A stretch of 64,000 nt of DNA. Origin: Octopus vulgaris (lineage: Eukaryota). Below the pieces are notes generated by a model, which was not told the DNA's origin, searched no databases, and saw only the letters and a list, made by a program, of their open reading frames with translations. Shown here piece after piece: positions 1-11,820 of this stretch (positions within the stretch are counted from its first letter, which is position 1; the number at the start of each line of letters is the position of its first letter). The stretch lies in NCBI GenBank assembly GCA_951406725.2, contig OX597830.1:1488001-1552000 (forward strand). Direction: 5' to 3'. Position numbers and translations under genes: made by a program.

Positions 1-1023
1 TGTTTTCTGTTAGAACCACTGAAGTTTCCATTATAATGACCAGCAGTCAGGATTTTATATACCCACTAAATCGAAGGTTGCTATTTCAAATTTACAATTG
101 AGTGATTTACATCGAAACTGCCGGGTAATTTTCTTTAATCCAAGAACCTCTTAACGATGGATGATATCAACAAAAATAAATGGAGTTAGTGGGAGTTCAA
201 ATTAGTTCAGCTGCGATGAGTAATTGAGTGCCTAAACTCCTGTGCTACATAGCTTTAACAAAGTCGATGGAAGAAGACAAAGGAAGTGTTTGCCTGGCTA
301 ACTTCAACCTAATATATTAAGCGTTTTCGTTCTACTTTTTGTTGAACGCAGCTTTAGACTGCTCACGTTTCTAATCACGGCAATAAACTTGTCAACAAAA
401 TCCATTTCTGGATGAACTCAAGAATTAGCTTTAATTTGATGCAACTCTCTGAACGGGTTCCGGGGCATCCAAGAGTTGGTGTTATTTAGCTTAAAGTAGA
501 TCCTTCTTGAGTGCGCCTGTGATCTAAAGACATGCTAGCTTTGGCTGCACCCTAGTATTGTATGCAACAAACTGCATTGGTCAGTGCATCCTGGTTTAAG
601 CAGGTCATGTTAACCACAGAGAGTTTCGAGATTCCAATTGTAAAATTAATTTCATGACTCACCAGAAATAGCGGCGAAATTTCCTTCAAATTACAATTTC
701 TCCTGAAAGATAAGAAAAGGCTACACCAGACAGTCAAGTTCCCTACATCATTAAAGACAGAATGGTTACGAAATGAACGCTTTCTATCTTAGGACGATTG
801 GACATGGATTCACCAAGGGCTGAATAACAGCTACAGCAACACTAAAAATAGCAATAGCAACAACAATACAGCAACAGTTTAGTTGTAAAATAAAATTTAA
901 ACATTTGTAAACATCAATCGGGAAAAAAATTCGCAATCATTAAAAGTTCTAAAACGTTTCACATTTCAATCTCACGCTCCTTTTCTCTTTCTCTTTCTTT
1001 CTTTCTCTTTCTCTTTCTTTCTT

Positions 1024-1060
<37 letters not shown>

Positions 1061-1739
1061 TTCTCACTCTTCCTTTCCTATTCATTTGCTGTTTCGCCCA
1101 TCAAATCCGTCACCGAATGGCACTTTTACTGGAAATGTATGATTGTTAATAAGACTTAGGGGATAGCATGAAACTATAAACGTCAATATATATTATTGTT
1201 AAGCAAACATGTTAAACAATTTGAAAAGCGGACGCACATGCACGAGTAACGAAAAGTGAGACTGCACAGGGCTTCTCCGTTTCGAGTTGAATGACATTTG
1301 TAATATAACCAGCGAAGCTTTTTCAGAAACACCATATCGTTTAATTAAACATTGAAACCGCCATATCTGGCTGCCTTGAAAGATATTTTTACGTGTGAAA
1401 ATTGACAATAGCTGCCCTGGCGACACGCATGCGCTTGATAACAGGAAAAGAAGAATGGAATTGCAAAGCAGCTCGGCTTACATTAGTTATTTCTCCAAAT
1501 ATCAACTTTATATGAATATAAACACAGCATTAGTTCTCGGGAACGCTGTGGACAAATGTCAGTTACCAAGAATTTGGTATACGGACTCAACCATTTTTGT
1601 ATATATTAGTGGTAAAATTAGGCCGAGGAGGGGATCTTAGCAAGTTCAGGCTGTGAATCATATATAGTTTCTATTGTTATTTAAGAATGCATCGTGGTTC
1701 GCTCACCTCTCCGAAATAACCTTGATATTGATTATAAAC

Positions 1740-3583
1740 TATCAAGTTTCTTTTTTATTTTATTATCTAAAAAAGGCGTACATCGAATCCGGAAAGGCAA
1801 ATACCACACATACAGACAATGCATTACGTGACATAACATAGAATCGAGGAACTAAAATTATAAAATAGAAATTTGAGAAAAGATGTAAAAATAAAAGAAA
1901 CGAATGAATTATGAAAAGATTATACAATGAGGCGGAATGCTCACTCGAACCCCGAAGTCGAGTGGTTACATTTAGACAGTCTTTCTCTTTTTCTCTCTCT
2001 TTCTTTTTTAAGAACACATTTTTCTCAAGTAAAGTTCAAAAAAAGTTTTGCTTCCCTGTTTTTTTTCCTTTTGTTTCAAAAATGTTCATAACAAATTAAT
2101 TACCTTAAATCTGAAATTCTCGAACCGTTTAGAATTCACAACCGGCGGTCTTCCATTAGAGTACACCGGCCCGTCCATCCCTGTGATAAATTCCTTGTAA
2201 TATTTCGATAGGTTGTCGCTATTTTACTCGTTCACCAATACGCACCTTTCTTCTTCTCCAAACTTCCCCTTAGGTAGTTTCACTCTAATCAAATTTGTCC
2301 ACTTTGATATTCTCTTCTCTACCTCTATGAATTTCCTGTAAAATAGCAAAGTTTCCTTACGCTTGCTTGACTTCATATCTTCTGGTTTCCTCTCTGGTTT
2401 CTTTTCTAATTCATGTGCAAATTCGGGCGGCTCGTCATCGTTTTTGTCCGCCTTCCCTGCTTCTCCTATCGCTCTCTGTAACACTTCCCTTAATCTCGCT
2501 TTCTTCCTTCTCTAGGCGCTGACGAACATGTCACTCCCCTCTTTTGCCGCTTTCGTTTTTCCCTCTATCTCTTCTTTCTCTTGTTCATGGTTCTTATTTT
2601 TTATCTTTTCCATTTCTGCCCCCATCCTTCCTTCCGTCCTCCTTTCTCCTATCTCCTATTTCTTACTCTGCATCGGCCCAGTCTGCTTATTGTTATATAG
2701 GGGGGCACTTCAATTTCATGTGCCCCCTTTCACGGCAGATGTAGCAACTGGGTCTGCGACCCTCTACTATAACTTTCAGGGAATTTTCCCCTTCAATCTC
2801 TACTTGGTAGAGAAACCTCTCTTTATCTTCAAATGTGATGCAGAGTCACATCTCCACTCCACTTTCCCACCAATTCAACATATCCGTTCCTCCAACCTCT
2901 CTGAGCTCCGGCTTATCCTCGGTGGTCGCTAGAATGGCCACTGCCAACCACCTAGTTTTAATTTCAGGTGGCACCCTAGCTATCCTAACTCGGACGCAGC
3001 GCCTTCCCTTATATGTGGACAACAGTGCCACCTTGTCCGACCTCAGGATATCTGTGGATTGTGAGACCGCCTCTTCTTTGCTTGCAAACCTCACCTCCAC
3101 TCTGTCATACCTCCTTCCGCTGCAGACGATTGTCGCCTTTTGCATGATGTCCCCTAGGCAGGCCTCTACGTTTTCTTCCGATATTTTCTCATTTTTATTT
3201 GTGAAGATCGCTTGTGTGCCGCACACCACTGTTTTTTCACTTTTCTATTGACTCTTGTGGGGGACCAGCTTTATTGCGCCTTCCTCCTTCTTCACCAAAC
3301 CCAAACCTTTCGATATTTCATCTTTATCCATGTGTATCCTCCTGGCTTCCAGCCGTGTAGTTGTCTTTGCCGCAGCAGCTTTCGCGTAGCTTTCCATAAT
3401 GCCAGCTCTTCCTCACCCACAAATGAGGGAAAAAAAGAATAAAAACAACAGCAACAAGTAAAAACAGCACGCGCGCGACGCTTCAGCAATATCATCAACA
3501 GTAAAATAGTAACAACAGCTCTCACCTTCTCACAAAAAAAAATCACACTGAAAATCAGAGGGTTCGAAGCGGGCGTTTCGCTC
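1740..3583 (-). mobile_element. ORF1-only non-autonomous retroelement (Tx1/L1 ORF1-like, HAL1-like), ~1.84 kb
   Basis: Flanked by a 13-bp direct repeat ATTGATTATAAAC (1727-1739 and 3584-3596). A-rich 3' end on the minus strand. Contains only a frameshifted Gag-like ORF, with no RT or endonuclease. Confidence 0.8.
2224..3397 (-). pseudogene. Disrupted ORF1 / Gag-like protein with CCHC zinc knuckle
   Basis: Starts MESYAKAAA at 3397. Includes YKGRRCVRVRIARVPPE, the knuckle VIVEGRRPSCYICRERGHMKLKCP (~2700-2773) and a C-terminal LIRVKL block. All are homologous to the ORFs at 42240 and 43941. Confidence 0.8.
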
Positions 3584-3759
3584 ATTGATTATAAACAATT
3601 ACGTTAGCTTTGAAAACAACGGATAGGAATTTGATACTACGGTGTGCCCCTTTTGGGCAACTGGCTTATGTTTTACTAATATTTTTCAAGGGCTTTTTTT
3701 ATAAGATTCGCAAAGTGATAAGATAGTGGGACAAAATGTCGTTCAATATTTGCTTCGGG

Positions 3760-3890
3760 TCTTGGAAGGCAGCGAACTATTAGAATCGCCAGCACGTCGG
3801 GAAAGAAATGCTTAGCGGCAATTCTTCTGACCTTAAACGTTCAGAGATTAAATTCTGCCGAGGTCGACTTTGCTTTTTTTCTTTTCGGGG
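3760..3890 (+). mobile_element. SINE fragment (abundant family, also at 11.6, 26.9 and 28.4 kb)
   Basis: Shared motifs AAATGCTTAGCG and AAATTC..CGAGGTCGACTTTGC recur across the window. Confidence 0.6.
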
Positions 3891-6800
3891 GTTCTGGAAG
3901 TGATTCTATCAGGTATTGTGTGTGAATTTCTGTTTTCTCTGTTTCTTCTCCTTTGACTCCGTGGACCAGTAAAGGAAAGGCTGGTGAGATTCATCCCTCC
4001 ACCACTGACTCCCCAACAAATGAGGTTGATGGTGCATGAACAATAATTGTTTCCAAAATATGGTGGAAAAGAAGGACTTTAAGATTTGCAAATATGAATA
4101 TATGTAAATCTCAATATCTCTTCGCACAAAGGCATCTTAGATTATATCTCAGTGAAGGTTATTTTGACTAGGTATAGCAACAAACAAGCAACAATCATCA
4201 GCTAATACGAAGATAAGTGAGAAACTACACATTCATACTCACTTCTAGAAATCACAGACTACTTTGCCCTCAGATAACATCTTATCAGCTGAAGATGAAA
4301 GATAAATCCTTGACTCAGCAGGAAGGAGACGAATAGAGAAGTTTTGATTAAAAATATCTGTTCCATCAAAGTCGTCCAGCTCAACATTAACGACAATAAC
4401 AACAACTTCCTCTCATACGTACGCTTTCTCTTCTGACAAACAACAATAGCTCAGTTTCCATTGATCTACCTTTATGGATGTCAAATTTGTCCATCTGCTT
4501 CAAGAGTTAATCTTACAATTATAAAAGTGAGTTCGATTTCACTGCACGTCACTTGTTTAGACACTAATTATAAAGTAATTACCTACACGGAAACTGCGCG
4601 GAAGACCCTCATGTGTGTGTCTAGTTCTTTCTTTCTCATGATAGGACCTTTCGACAGAATAGAAGTTTATAGTCAACTGAAATTATTATTTTTATCATTT
4701 ATAATTTTATTTTTATTTTCATTTGTTCACTTTTTAGCCATGCGTTGAATATTTTGATTTTGAGTGTACCTCGTCTCTCACTGAGTCTGTGATTTTAGTC
4801 CTGTCTGTGAATTACTGGAATAATGCGGCATGTTTGGCGTTCATTGTGAAACTGAGTGAAATGCTCTGAGTAGCTAACGAGCACTTATTTAAACAATCAC
4901 CGGAAGACACGCATTCTATGACTGAATTGTAGACTGCACAATATCTCACCAATGGATGACAGGTACAAGTATGCATCGAAACAGTTACTATGGGATTCCT
5001 GGTATATATACAGTGGCAAGTGTGCATTTCACCCGTATGATGACATCAGGTAGCCAATAACTACGGATGAGCTTTGCCCAACATTCTACAAGATGATTAC
5101 CCGAACTTCACTTAACTGCATACGGGTGTGCGTCAGTGCGCGTATGGCGTGAACGAGTATACATGCGTGTGTGGGAGGGAGGGTGATCGCGTGCATGGGT
5201 GTACGTGTGTGCCTCTGTGTATCTGTATTTATGTATGTATGTTTCTGTAATCGTTTCAATTTGCTAAAGCTCACTGCTCAAACTTTGCTAAACCACCACC
5301 AGGACAATTAGATCTCATTTTCAGTGGTGCCATAGTTATGTCAGATCTAATTACATGTTTGACCCTTACAAGGCAAATGTGAAATCCCCAACGGAGATAC
5401 CTACATCGGGGCTTCTTACTACCCACCTCTCTTTTCTTTCCATTACTTATGCAACTTTATATGACCACCACCTCAGGCCATCGTTTGCCTACTTTAAAGC
5501 GCCCCCTACATGCAATCATCACGCTGAATCATCCACTGCAATCACTTCAATAATCACATTGAACTTCAACAGTATTAATAGCATCAGGGTGGCCTCAAAA
5601 TCCATACAGTGTCTCCTCTCTGACAATCTTATTTGAAAATAAAATCAGTTCTCACTTCTTTTCTAGCACATTCTCCTCGTGTTTATTGTAAATATCATTA
5701 CGACATCATTTTTATTTTTATCATTTTTACTTGTTGCCAACTGATGCATTAAAATCATTGAATCTTTCTACGTTTCCATCCCCCACTGCCAATCTTCAAC
5801 CCTACCGCTCGCTTTCCCTCTCTGTCTCTCTGCATGTCTCACTATATATTGCTCACTCTCTCTTTCTGTCTATGTGTATCTCCTTACACACACACATACA
5901 CACACATTTATGTCTGTCTTTCTCTACACATTATTCTCAACTCCTTTCACACAAAGAAAGGACACAGTCCCCCATCCTTTCGCAATAATTTAGTAGCATT
6001 CAGACATGAAAGCCGAACAAACTAATAACAAACCTATATCAGATATTATTGATGATTTTTTGAACTACAAGTGAGATAACTTCTACTTTATTTCAAAACA
6101 ATCTCAGAATTTAATATTTTGGTGCTACTTTTAGAAATAGATTTTTGAAAAGGTTATCGTAGCTACACTTTATCATTTAGAATATTCATGGATTTCTTTA
6201 TCGTATTAAAAAAAAATTATTGTTCAAAGGAAACTTCTCAATTCAAACTATGACGATGTTTTAGATAGATTTTCTTCTGTATTTTTTAATAAATTTTCAA
6301 AAATAATTCCAAACAAACACACTCTTTACAAAATATCTTTAATGTGAAAATTTATGGAAGGAAGGAATTATAAAAAGAATGCTGAAATTTTTTTGTTCTA
6401 TGACAACAACTTACACAGCGTCTGAGAATATTGCGTTGTCACTACACAAAATCAGTTCCATCTCATAGGAGTAAATAAATCACATTTATATTTGTATAAC
6501 GGATGTATAATAGGTTTATTTCTATGGAATCCCGTGAGTGTATTTTAGAAACAAGTTCAGGAGGCAGTCGCAGAGAAATCGCCCTCAAATTACGCTGTAT
6601 TATCTCCGAATATTACAAGATTATAATCTTAGATTTCATAACGTTGTTATGTCTTTCTGAGTTTAGAGTTCAGTTTTATGTTGCTGACGTCTGGAATCAT
6701 TGTGAATGAAGTTAATATACGAATTGAGTAAAAAGTATATCAATAATGCAACGATCTTTAAGTACAGACAAGGAAAATGTGGAAGAGATTAGAAATGGTG

Positions 6801-7049
6801 GTATTTTTTATTCCTAGCCTTGTGTTGCTAAAGAAGGAAAATAGTCAAAACGTGACAACAAAAATCCTACCAGGAGTTCACAAGTATGCAAACAAACAAC
6901 ACAATATCCCCTTCTATTAAAAATCTCTTCTCGTTCGAAACTTTCAACTTCCTCCAGTCATTCGTATAGTCTTTAATGTTTTGTGATTGCAATATATCGC
7001 ATCAACAGTGTCTAATAAGAGTACTTGTATTAGTATACTGGGTTATTGT

Positions 7050-7660
7050 CCCGTTCGTGGTTGGGATGCTTGTTTAAATATTCCACCATGTCATTATTTT
7101 CTTAATTGCTGAATAATTTAAGAGATGCGCCTTGTAGCTTTCTTTCCCTTCATTGCTGCTGCAGTTTCTCTTTGTTTGTGGCGTTCGTTCCGGTTTCCTT
7201 TTTAATTGTCATTGTTTTTGTTTTGTGTTGCCACTGTCGAAATAATTTCTGTGTTGTTCTTATTGTGTCTGTTGGCCTTTTTGATGCTGTTGTTATTCTT
7301 TCGTTAGGCGTCTACTGCTGTCTTTGCCTTCTTTATTGGGTTTGAGCGGGTAATTGTTAGATGGCAGTTGCCACAACACATTTAATGCTCGGGCCTTCTA
7401 CCCTCCTCCACCACGAAGAGTTCTGTGCCGACTGGAGTATAATGAGGTCGGAGTTGGCTTCTGGATTATCATCGTTGCTATTGGCCTTCTTACCGACGGC
7501 GACTGAGAGTATTGCCATCCATGAGAAATTAATCCTGAGAACATACTCAGAGCGTTCAAAATTCCAGCTAAAGAGAAATGTAAAAGGAGGCAACTTAATG
7601 TCTGTTTCTGTTTTCACTGCTCAATACATGACATTTGGAATGGAAGGTTCTTGATGTAAC
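7050..7660 (-). pseudogene. Highly degenerate ORF1 (Tx1-like) relic
   Basis: The minus strand at ~7345-7422 reads ELFVVEEGRRPEH*MCCGNCHL, a decayed VVVEGRRPxCxxCxxxGH knuckle. A K/E/N/T-rich tail follows, as in the Tx1 ORF1. Confidence 0.45.
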
Positions 7661-8429
7661 CATTCCAGAAAAACAAAAACATAACGATTGAAGAAATACA
7701 AAATAAAAATCTATAGTAACTTGAAGATCTAAGTTATACAGATGAGATCAATATCACCTACCAAGTTCCAGATAATCCCAATTATCATAACAGCATTGGA
7801 CTCCATCAAGGTGAAATTGAGAAGGTGAACTGAGTAAATGGATCTCAGAAAATGAACCGATTTCCTTAAACAAAAATGGCATTGTTGGGTACTGAATATT
7901 GCCGGGTGACTTAGAAAGGTGGTGTTATAGTAGCTGATCAAGTTATGATCCGATGTACTTTGCAAACTATAATAAAACTTACCCTTAAAACAATTTACTT
8001 TCAACAACCCCAACAATTTCGTAATGTATTGTTAAAAGCTGCACGGTCCTATATCTTCCAAGGGCTCTATTTCCACAGACTGTGTGTGTAAAGGAAGCCC
8101 TATAACTTGCTGTCAATGAATTTGAAAGATACATATAGTCGTGGTAATATATCAGTTGATGTTCTTTATCAAGTTTTTCCTTTACAATCTGTTCCATGTT
8201 GTGAATGATTAGTGCTTCGTTTAGACAGAGCTGGCTTATTCTACTGTTTTGCTGGTTTTCGGAAAAGCAGAGAAATTAATTTCATTTCAGAAAAAGATGA
8301 CTTCTATCAACGAAGCTAAACTCTCCTCAGGAGAGAAAACCCATCATTCCTTCTTAGTATATTCCTCGGCACGTGACAGCGTCTTTTTAGGGGGGATCAA
8401 TCCTTGATAGCAGTTTGCCTTGTTGACCT

Positions 8430-9335
8430 TTAAAATGTTATCTTTGCATTTATCATATTGGTTTTAGGGGCTTCTTCCTGAGCGATTGTAATAGGCGTTT
8501 CTGTCTCTTGCTTCAGGTTCCCATCCGTCAGCCAGAGACAGCGTTCTATACTTCCAGCATTCTTTGTTTGTTGTATGAATTGGTCATATAGTTCGATTTC
8601 TTTCCATTCGTTTCTTCTGTTTTCCTTCAGCTTCTTTTTGAATTCTGCTACTGTTTCGGCCATTCTTTGAGTATCACTGGCTGCCGATAGTATTCTTTTA
8701 TTCCTCTTCAGATCCAATATCATGGCATTAACAGTGTCTTCTATGTTTTCACGGAGGAGTGCGTTGTGCATTGTGAGCAGCTTTCTCCTTTTTCTATCCA
8801 AGTTCTGTAGCTCTGCTTTGTCCATTTCAAAAAAGAACGGAGTATTCCGATACTGCCATAGACCATTTAGTTATGACTAGAATGATGCTCTTCACCACCA
8901 TTTATTTTGTTTCGAGCACCTTCCTAATTCTCTTGTACACATTAGTGACTTCCTCATTTCTCTTTTCATTATCCTATCGTCTTGCAGCATTCCTAGATAT
9001 TTGTATCCCTCATCATTTCACAGCAATCTAATGAAGTCTTGTGGCAATTTTATGCCATGAGAGTTTACTTTCCTGCCTCTCTTCATGTTTATTTACTCCA
9101 AACTGCATTCCAGTATCCTTATTGCATCATCTTACTGTTTAGATAAAAAAATCTATGTTTGTCTCATTTTAAATATATGGCTTAAGGTTATCCATATCAA
9201 GTAGGTGATCTATTGTTATCTTGGATTTAGTAAACCCATAGGCAGGTCTGTATTTTCAGTCTACTTGTCAGAGGGATTAGCGCAATGACAAAGAGTAATG
9301 GGAAGAACGAATCTCACTGCAAAATGCTCCTGCGT
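8430..9335 (-). mobile_element. Degenerate Dong/R4-like non-LTR retrotransposon fragment (RT C-terminal half)
   Basis: DSF.PLLFVIALIP-like and HLL.MD.LK.Y motifs near 9180-9330. The ORF at 8430-8825 (ELQNLDRKRRKLLTMHNAL ... WLTDGNLKQETE ... AQEEA) is typical of R4/Dong. Confidence 0.7.
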
Positions 9336-9380
9336 ATTTTCATGTTATTTAGCAACAGATTTGCACATATTATATCTATT

Positions 9381-9428
<48 letters not shown>

Positions 9429-9439
9429 TCTCTCCGTTT

Positions 9440-11500
9440 GTTATTTCCGAAAAGTTATCGTCTTCTTGACTCCGAGCGTCGTCAGGCACTCCAAGAGCTG
9501 TGTAAGACACTGTCGTAAGCTTTCCCCTGATCCATCGATCCAACAGCTAAATTCTTCTTCTTTACTCCTACCTCATTTCTATTCTACTTTTCGACATACG
9601 GCAGTTCATCATCCTCAGCCTTCTTCTTTCTCTGACAATAGATTCGCTTTTTCCACAAAATTATAAACTTCATTTACTATAAGGCCAGTTAATAGTTTCC
9701 AGATTAGCATTAGGCAAGCAATAGGTCCATAATTGTTGACTTCCTTCTTTTCTTTGTCTTTGTGGGCCAGGGCTGTCCTTCGCATCCAATCAGTCTTCTC
9801 GTCTTTTTCTTGGTACATAGTCTGTCTGTGTCACTTTTTGGGTGGAGTGCCCCATATGTAGTCAGCAACTTCCTTGTCTTTCTGTCTAAGCTGTTTAGTT
9901 TGTCTACTGCCCATACGATTACCCTTGCTCCATATCTAAGGAATGAAACCGCCCAGGTGTTTCAATCTTATTCCATCCGTTTAACTTCGCCTTAAGGATC
10001 AGTCTCAGTCTGCGCAAGTACTCCACCTTAAATTTTTGTATCATTTCTTTCTCGATCAATTTATCCATTTCTAATATCTCCAAATACTTATAGCCCGTCT
10101 CTTCTATTCACTTCATAACCTCCCCCGATGGTATCGCTACCCGTCCATACATTTAATTTTGCCTCTCTCGAAGACTAACACACCACACATTTTCAATCCG
10201 AACTCCATTCTGATATCAGCAGTGAAAGTATACATTGTATCAACGAGGGAACTAACTTGGGATTCATCTTTATCATAAAGTTTGAGGTTTTCCAAATGGT
10301 TGACATTTTGTTGGCGGCTTTTGAATACACACCCACCCATCAGAATCAGTGTTAGTGGTACCAAGCACAGTACAAAGATCAGTGGGGACAGGCAGTCCCC
10401 TTGGAAGATGCCTCTCCTGATTTCTATCGTTCCTAAACTCCTTTCATATGCTGTCAGTTAGGTCCTTCACTTCGCCATACTTTTTCCAAACAATCGGTCA
10501 ACATTCGATGCAATGCCAAGTAGGTTCATACATTCCATAATCCAAGAATGTAGGATCATATCGTACGCCTTACAATAATTGATCCATGACATGGCTAAGT
10601 TAGTTTTCTTCCTCTAAATACAGTTTTGCCTACCAGGATTTGATCCTTCGTTCCTCTGCACTTAGGCTTGCAACCCTTCTGCCAGGACATTTGTTTCCTG
10701 ATGTCCGTACATTGACTCTGCAACTATTCCGGTCAATAATTTCCACATAAGTAGCAAGTAGGATATCGACCTGTAATTGTGGACCGTATTGCCTTTTTCG
10801 ATGTCAACCCATTGTCAACCACTCCGGTGTTACTTGGTCGGCAATTGAGTTGTGCAGCTATTTGTGCATGGCATTCACCAAATCTTTTAATCCAGTAGCC
10901 TTGAACTCCAACTGGTCCCAGGGCCTTCCACATGCCCATTTTTGCTGATTTCCTTCACTGAAATGACTAGTTCTGCCTGTTTTGGACAAGCTACTATTTA
11001 TTTGTCCCTTCAACCATTCAGCATCCGTCTTGTGCACCTTGTCTTTACTCCAGATGTCAATCCAAAACTTTTGCCTTTCATTTTTATCTGGCATTAACTT
11101 TTCTTCTGTACACTCTCCATTTATTTCCTTGTAGAATCTCTTCTAATCTACTCTGAATAACATATTCTGCTGGTAACCTTTCGTTCTTTGGTCTTATCCT
11201 GCCATCTTTGCTTTCTTTGCAACGAGGCGTTGTTTCAGTTCAGCCATTACCATTTTCAGACCCTTTCTTTCAATATTATACTTCCGGTTCACTGCCCTGT
11301 ATTGCTGTTCGCTTTTAAGCTCCCCTTTCTTTTTTCAGTCTAACACAGAAATGGCATTCCAGAGCATGTCTAACCCCACTTGCATTCTACTTTTGTCACT
11401 CCCATTATATTTCTCTATATACCCACATTTTCTGTACATCAATACTTACTGCCTTGATCAAATTATTTGGTTGTGTGATGTTTTTGTTCCGATGTATTTT
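9440..11500 (-). mobile_element. Degenerate Dong/R4-like non-LTR retrotransposon RT fragments
   Basis: RRGIFQGDCLSPLIF (~10375-10418), WINYCKAYDMI.HSWI (~10540-10590), W KA GP GVQGYWIK, NYGPIACL..WKLLTG, MEFGLKMC. Abuts an (AAT)n tract at 11500. Confidence 0.8.
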
Positions 11501-11618
11501 ATAATAATAATAATAATAATAATGATCATAATAATAATAATGATGATGATGATAATAATAATAATAATCATAATAATAATGATAATAATGATTATTATTA
11601 TTATTATTAATATTATTG
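11501..11618 (+). repeat. (AAT/GAT)n microsatellite
   Basis: Seen directly in the sequence. Confidence 0.95.
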
Positions 11619-11621
11619 TGA

Positions 11622-11820
11622 TGAGCAGCCAGAATAGTTAGCACACCGGTAAAAATGCTTAGCGTAATTTCTTCTGTCTATACGCACTGAGTTCAAATTC
11701 CGGCAAGGTAGACTTTGCTTTTCAACCTACCGAGGTCGATAAAATACGTAACAACTAAGCACACGGGTCGATACAATTGACTAGTCTCTCCCTTCGAAAT
11801 ATCTTGCCTTGTGCCTACAG
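11622..11820 (+). mobile_element. tRNA-derived SINE
   Basis: B-box-like GAGTTCAAATTC, followed by the family body GACTTTGCTTTTCA..GAGGTCGATAAAATA. Confidence 0.65.

Noticed and set aside
1-800. Moderately complex sequence that might be an exon or an old TE
   Set aside because: No sustained ORF or recognisable motif.
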